This document shows, in pieces, positions 63,701 through 64,000 of a DNA stretch of 64,000 bases. The stretch's first letter is position 1, and each line of letters starts with the position of its first letter. This DNA comes from Planctomycetota bacterium (lineage in GTDB: Bacteria; Planctomycetota; Planctomycetia; Pirellulales; UBA1268), in the NCBI GenBank assembly GCA_003669585.1, contig QWOQ01000005.1:266502-330501 (forward strand). The letters are read 5' to 3'. The notes beneath the pieces were generated by a model. It saw only the letters and a list, made by a program, of their open reading frames with translations, searched no databases and was not told the DNA's origin. The position numbers and the translations under genes were made by a program.

Positions 63701-64000
63701 GTCGTCAATAGCTGTGTAATCGGCCGATCGTTGCTGCACACCAACTTCTTCTGCAGGTCTGGCAAAATTGCGGACAACAAGTTCTTTATCAGGAAATCGT
63801 GTATGCAGGCCAGTTTCAAAATGTCCGAAAAGATTCATCCGTTCGGCAAGTGAATTACCGAGAAAAGCAATCCTTTCTCCCTTGAGAAATTCAATTGGGA
63901 GTTTGCTCGGTGGCAGGTCAGACCGCTTCGGCCTGGGCTCACGAGGCAAAATTTGAAGAATGAAATCTTTTGAGGACGCATCCGCCGCGTTCACGTCTGA
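60707..64000 (-). CDS. Giant multidomain protein: SGNH/GDSL-like hydrolase, PVC-type membrane-bound-dehydrogenase-like beta-propeller, HEAT repeats and a C-terminal cytochrome c domain. The N-terminus probably lies beyond the right window edge.
   Basis: The frame is open to position 64000 (the listed start at 63994 is GTG). SGNH-like segments: IAFLGNSLAE...FFGSNE. Dehydrogenase segment: LPKGFELRLFADE...LTDSDGDGVCD. HEAT-like segment: RVRTEAARGLSF. Heme motif: CTACHKVG. Confidence 0.85.
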   Translation of the reverse strand, partial: SDVNAADASSKDFILQILPREPRPKRSDLPPSKLPIEFLKGERIAFLGNSLAERMNLFGHFETGLHTRFPDKELVVRNFARPAEEVGVQQRSADYTAIDDPLLAFGADTYICFFGSNESYAGPDGIDAFRQKYEQYLDAIAKGYPRDDVGSAPRFILVSPIAFESTADRLLPDGVRENEYLKLYSDAVAAVATKRNLAFVNIFDASQILFSEKPGMQWTINGCHLSDAGDREIARMIDHEVFRSASPASFGSPHYELLRSWVNDKSWVHLQDYRMLNGWYVYGGRRTWDTETFPREYAKIRKMAAVRDRGIWDLAQGKKVNETPDDSATGDLFEPQTRFGEPRQKYSEADTLRYLPPAELIAATTLPKGFELRLFADETRFPDIAKPVQLNFDNRGRLWLACMPTYPQWKPGDSRPNDKLVILTDSDGDGVCDSSTVFYDKLHCPTGFEFFNGGVLVVDQPRLLFLKDTDGDDKADLIVHLLDGWASDDTHHTCGAFEWNHGGKLHMLEGIATSTTLETPWGPHRSRGAGGAYVMDPRSMRIRQFALPGQYNMWCYVFNQWGQGIVGDGTTANHAWDTPLSGKQFGGRTGLNFVFNNEGMRPALGSEFLVSRHFPDDVQEQFTYACVINMNGLPRFSLKDDGGGYSGARIKNADGSPDDLLRSSDKHFRPADPQIGPDGALWMGDWANALVGHMQYSQRDPNRDHVRGRVYRLVCSERPLVASVTQHKKSVSELLSQMLEYEWRTRYRARRELRDRPTDEVIAAITTWLASLETTGPDYDRLCCEALWIQQSHHRIDQPLLRRVASMSKAPEARAAAVRIMVDEREEIDGVLSLLVTAAKDSHPRVRTEAARGLSFFETAEAMRSLLSMTGSPADYWVDYTIANALGANEQIWRGDFIAGKIPEAGDRATSIVTQVLSASQAGAAALPHLQALLSQQPKPEEERNKAMTSLAELTGDVNRGREIFTRNCTACHKVGNGDGREFGPNLAGVAKRMNRMKIVQSVIDPNAEVAEKYRSTLIVTTEGLPVSGLVVAETDTEVEIFDGKAPRKIAKSDIEQRIIQKQSSMPEGAATTVAPSEFIDLLEYLAAQNQEVAPSK

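Noticed and set aside
1-64000. CRISPR arrays, IS elements or transposases, toxin-antitoxin pairs, restriction-modification systems or other recognisable defence systems, and rRNA genes.
   Set aside because: There are no spaced direct repeats, no transposase, integrase, helicase or methylase-type ORFs, and no intergenic region longer than about 570 bp. Apart from ClpB, DnaK and PrfC, no NTPase-type genes that could belong to a defence system were seen.

Overview
This is a 64-kb chromosomal segment with moderate GC content. It holds about 47 protein-coding genes and one tRNA (tRNA-Ser UGA). I found no rRNA, CRISPR array, transposase, integrase or prophage signal. The gene content suggests a Planctomycetota (Pirellula-like) genome, though that is inference. 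The supporting genes are two DUF1549/DUF1553 (PSCyt/PSD) plus DUF1501 sets, Tat-signal Gfo/Idh/MocA oxidoreductases, a TIM-barrel-LamG fusion, and a giant SGNH/dehydrogenase/HEAT/cytochrome-c protein. Housekeeping genes are yicC (partial), secG, tpiA, clpB, dnaK, pheA, prfC, glgX and purM. Accessory content includes: (i) two paralogous, tightly packed three-gene cassettes of unknown function (3679-9871 and 26445-32405), each with a heme-motif DUF1549/DUF1553 protein, a Tat-exported DUF1501 protein and a double-PPC-domain exported protein, in permuted order; (ii) a desaturase plus sulfotransferase pair; (iii) a translationally coupled deacylase/MFS/M81-peptidase/enolase-superfamily operon; (iv) a sugar-acid locus (IlvD/Edd-type dehydratase, DapA-type aldolase, GntP permease with an insertion); (v) an oxidoreductase/esterase/DJ-1 cluster; (vi) several uncharacterised pairs (a 489-aa protein with a membrane protein, and a His-rich lipoprotein pair). 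The best candidate for an undescribed system is the three-component cassette, but no canonical defence or mobile system is visible. Regulatory signals seen by eye are a consensus-grade sigma-54-type -24/-12 element and a HAIR-like inverted repeat upstream of dnaK, plus a second sigma-54-like palindromic element upstream of cassette A. All family assignments come from motif recognition by eye. No database search was run.
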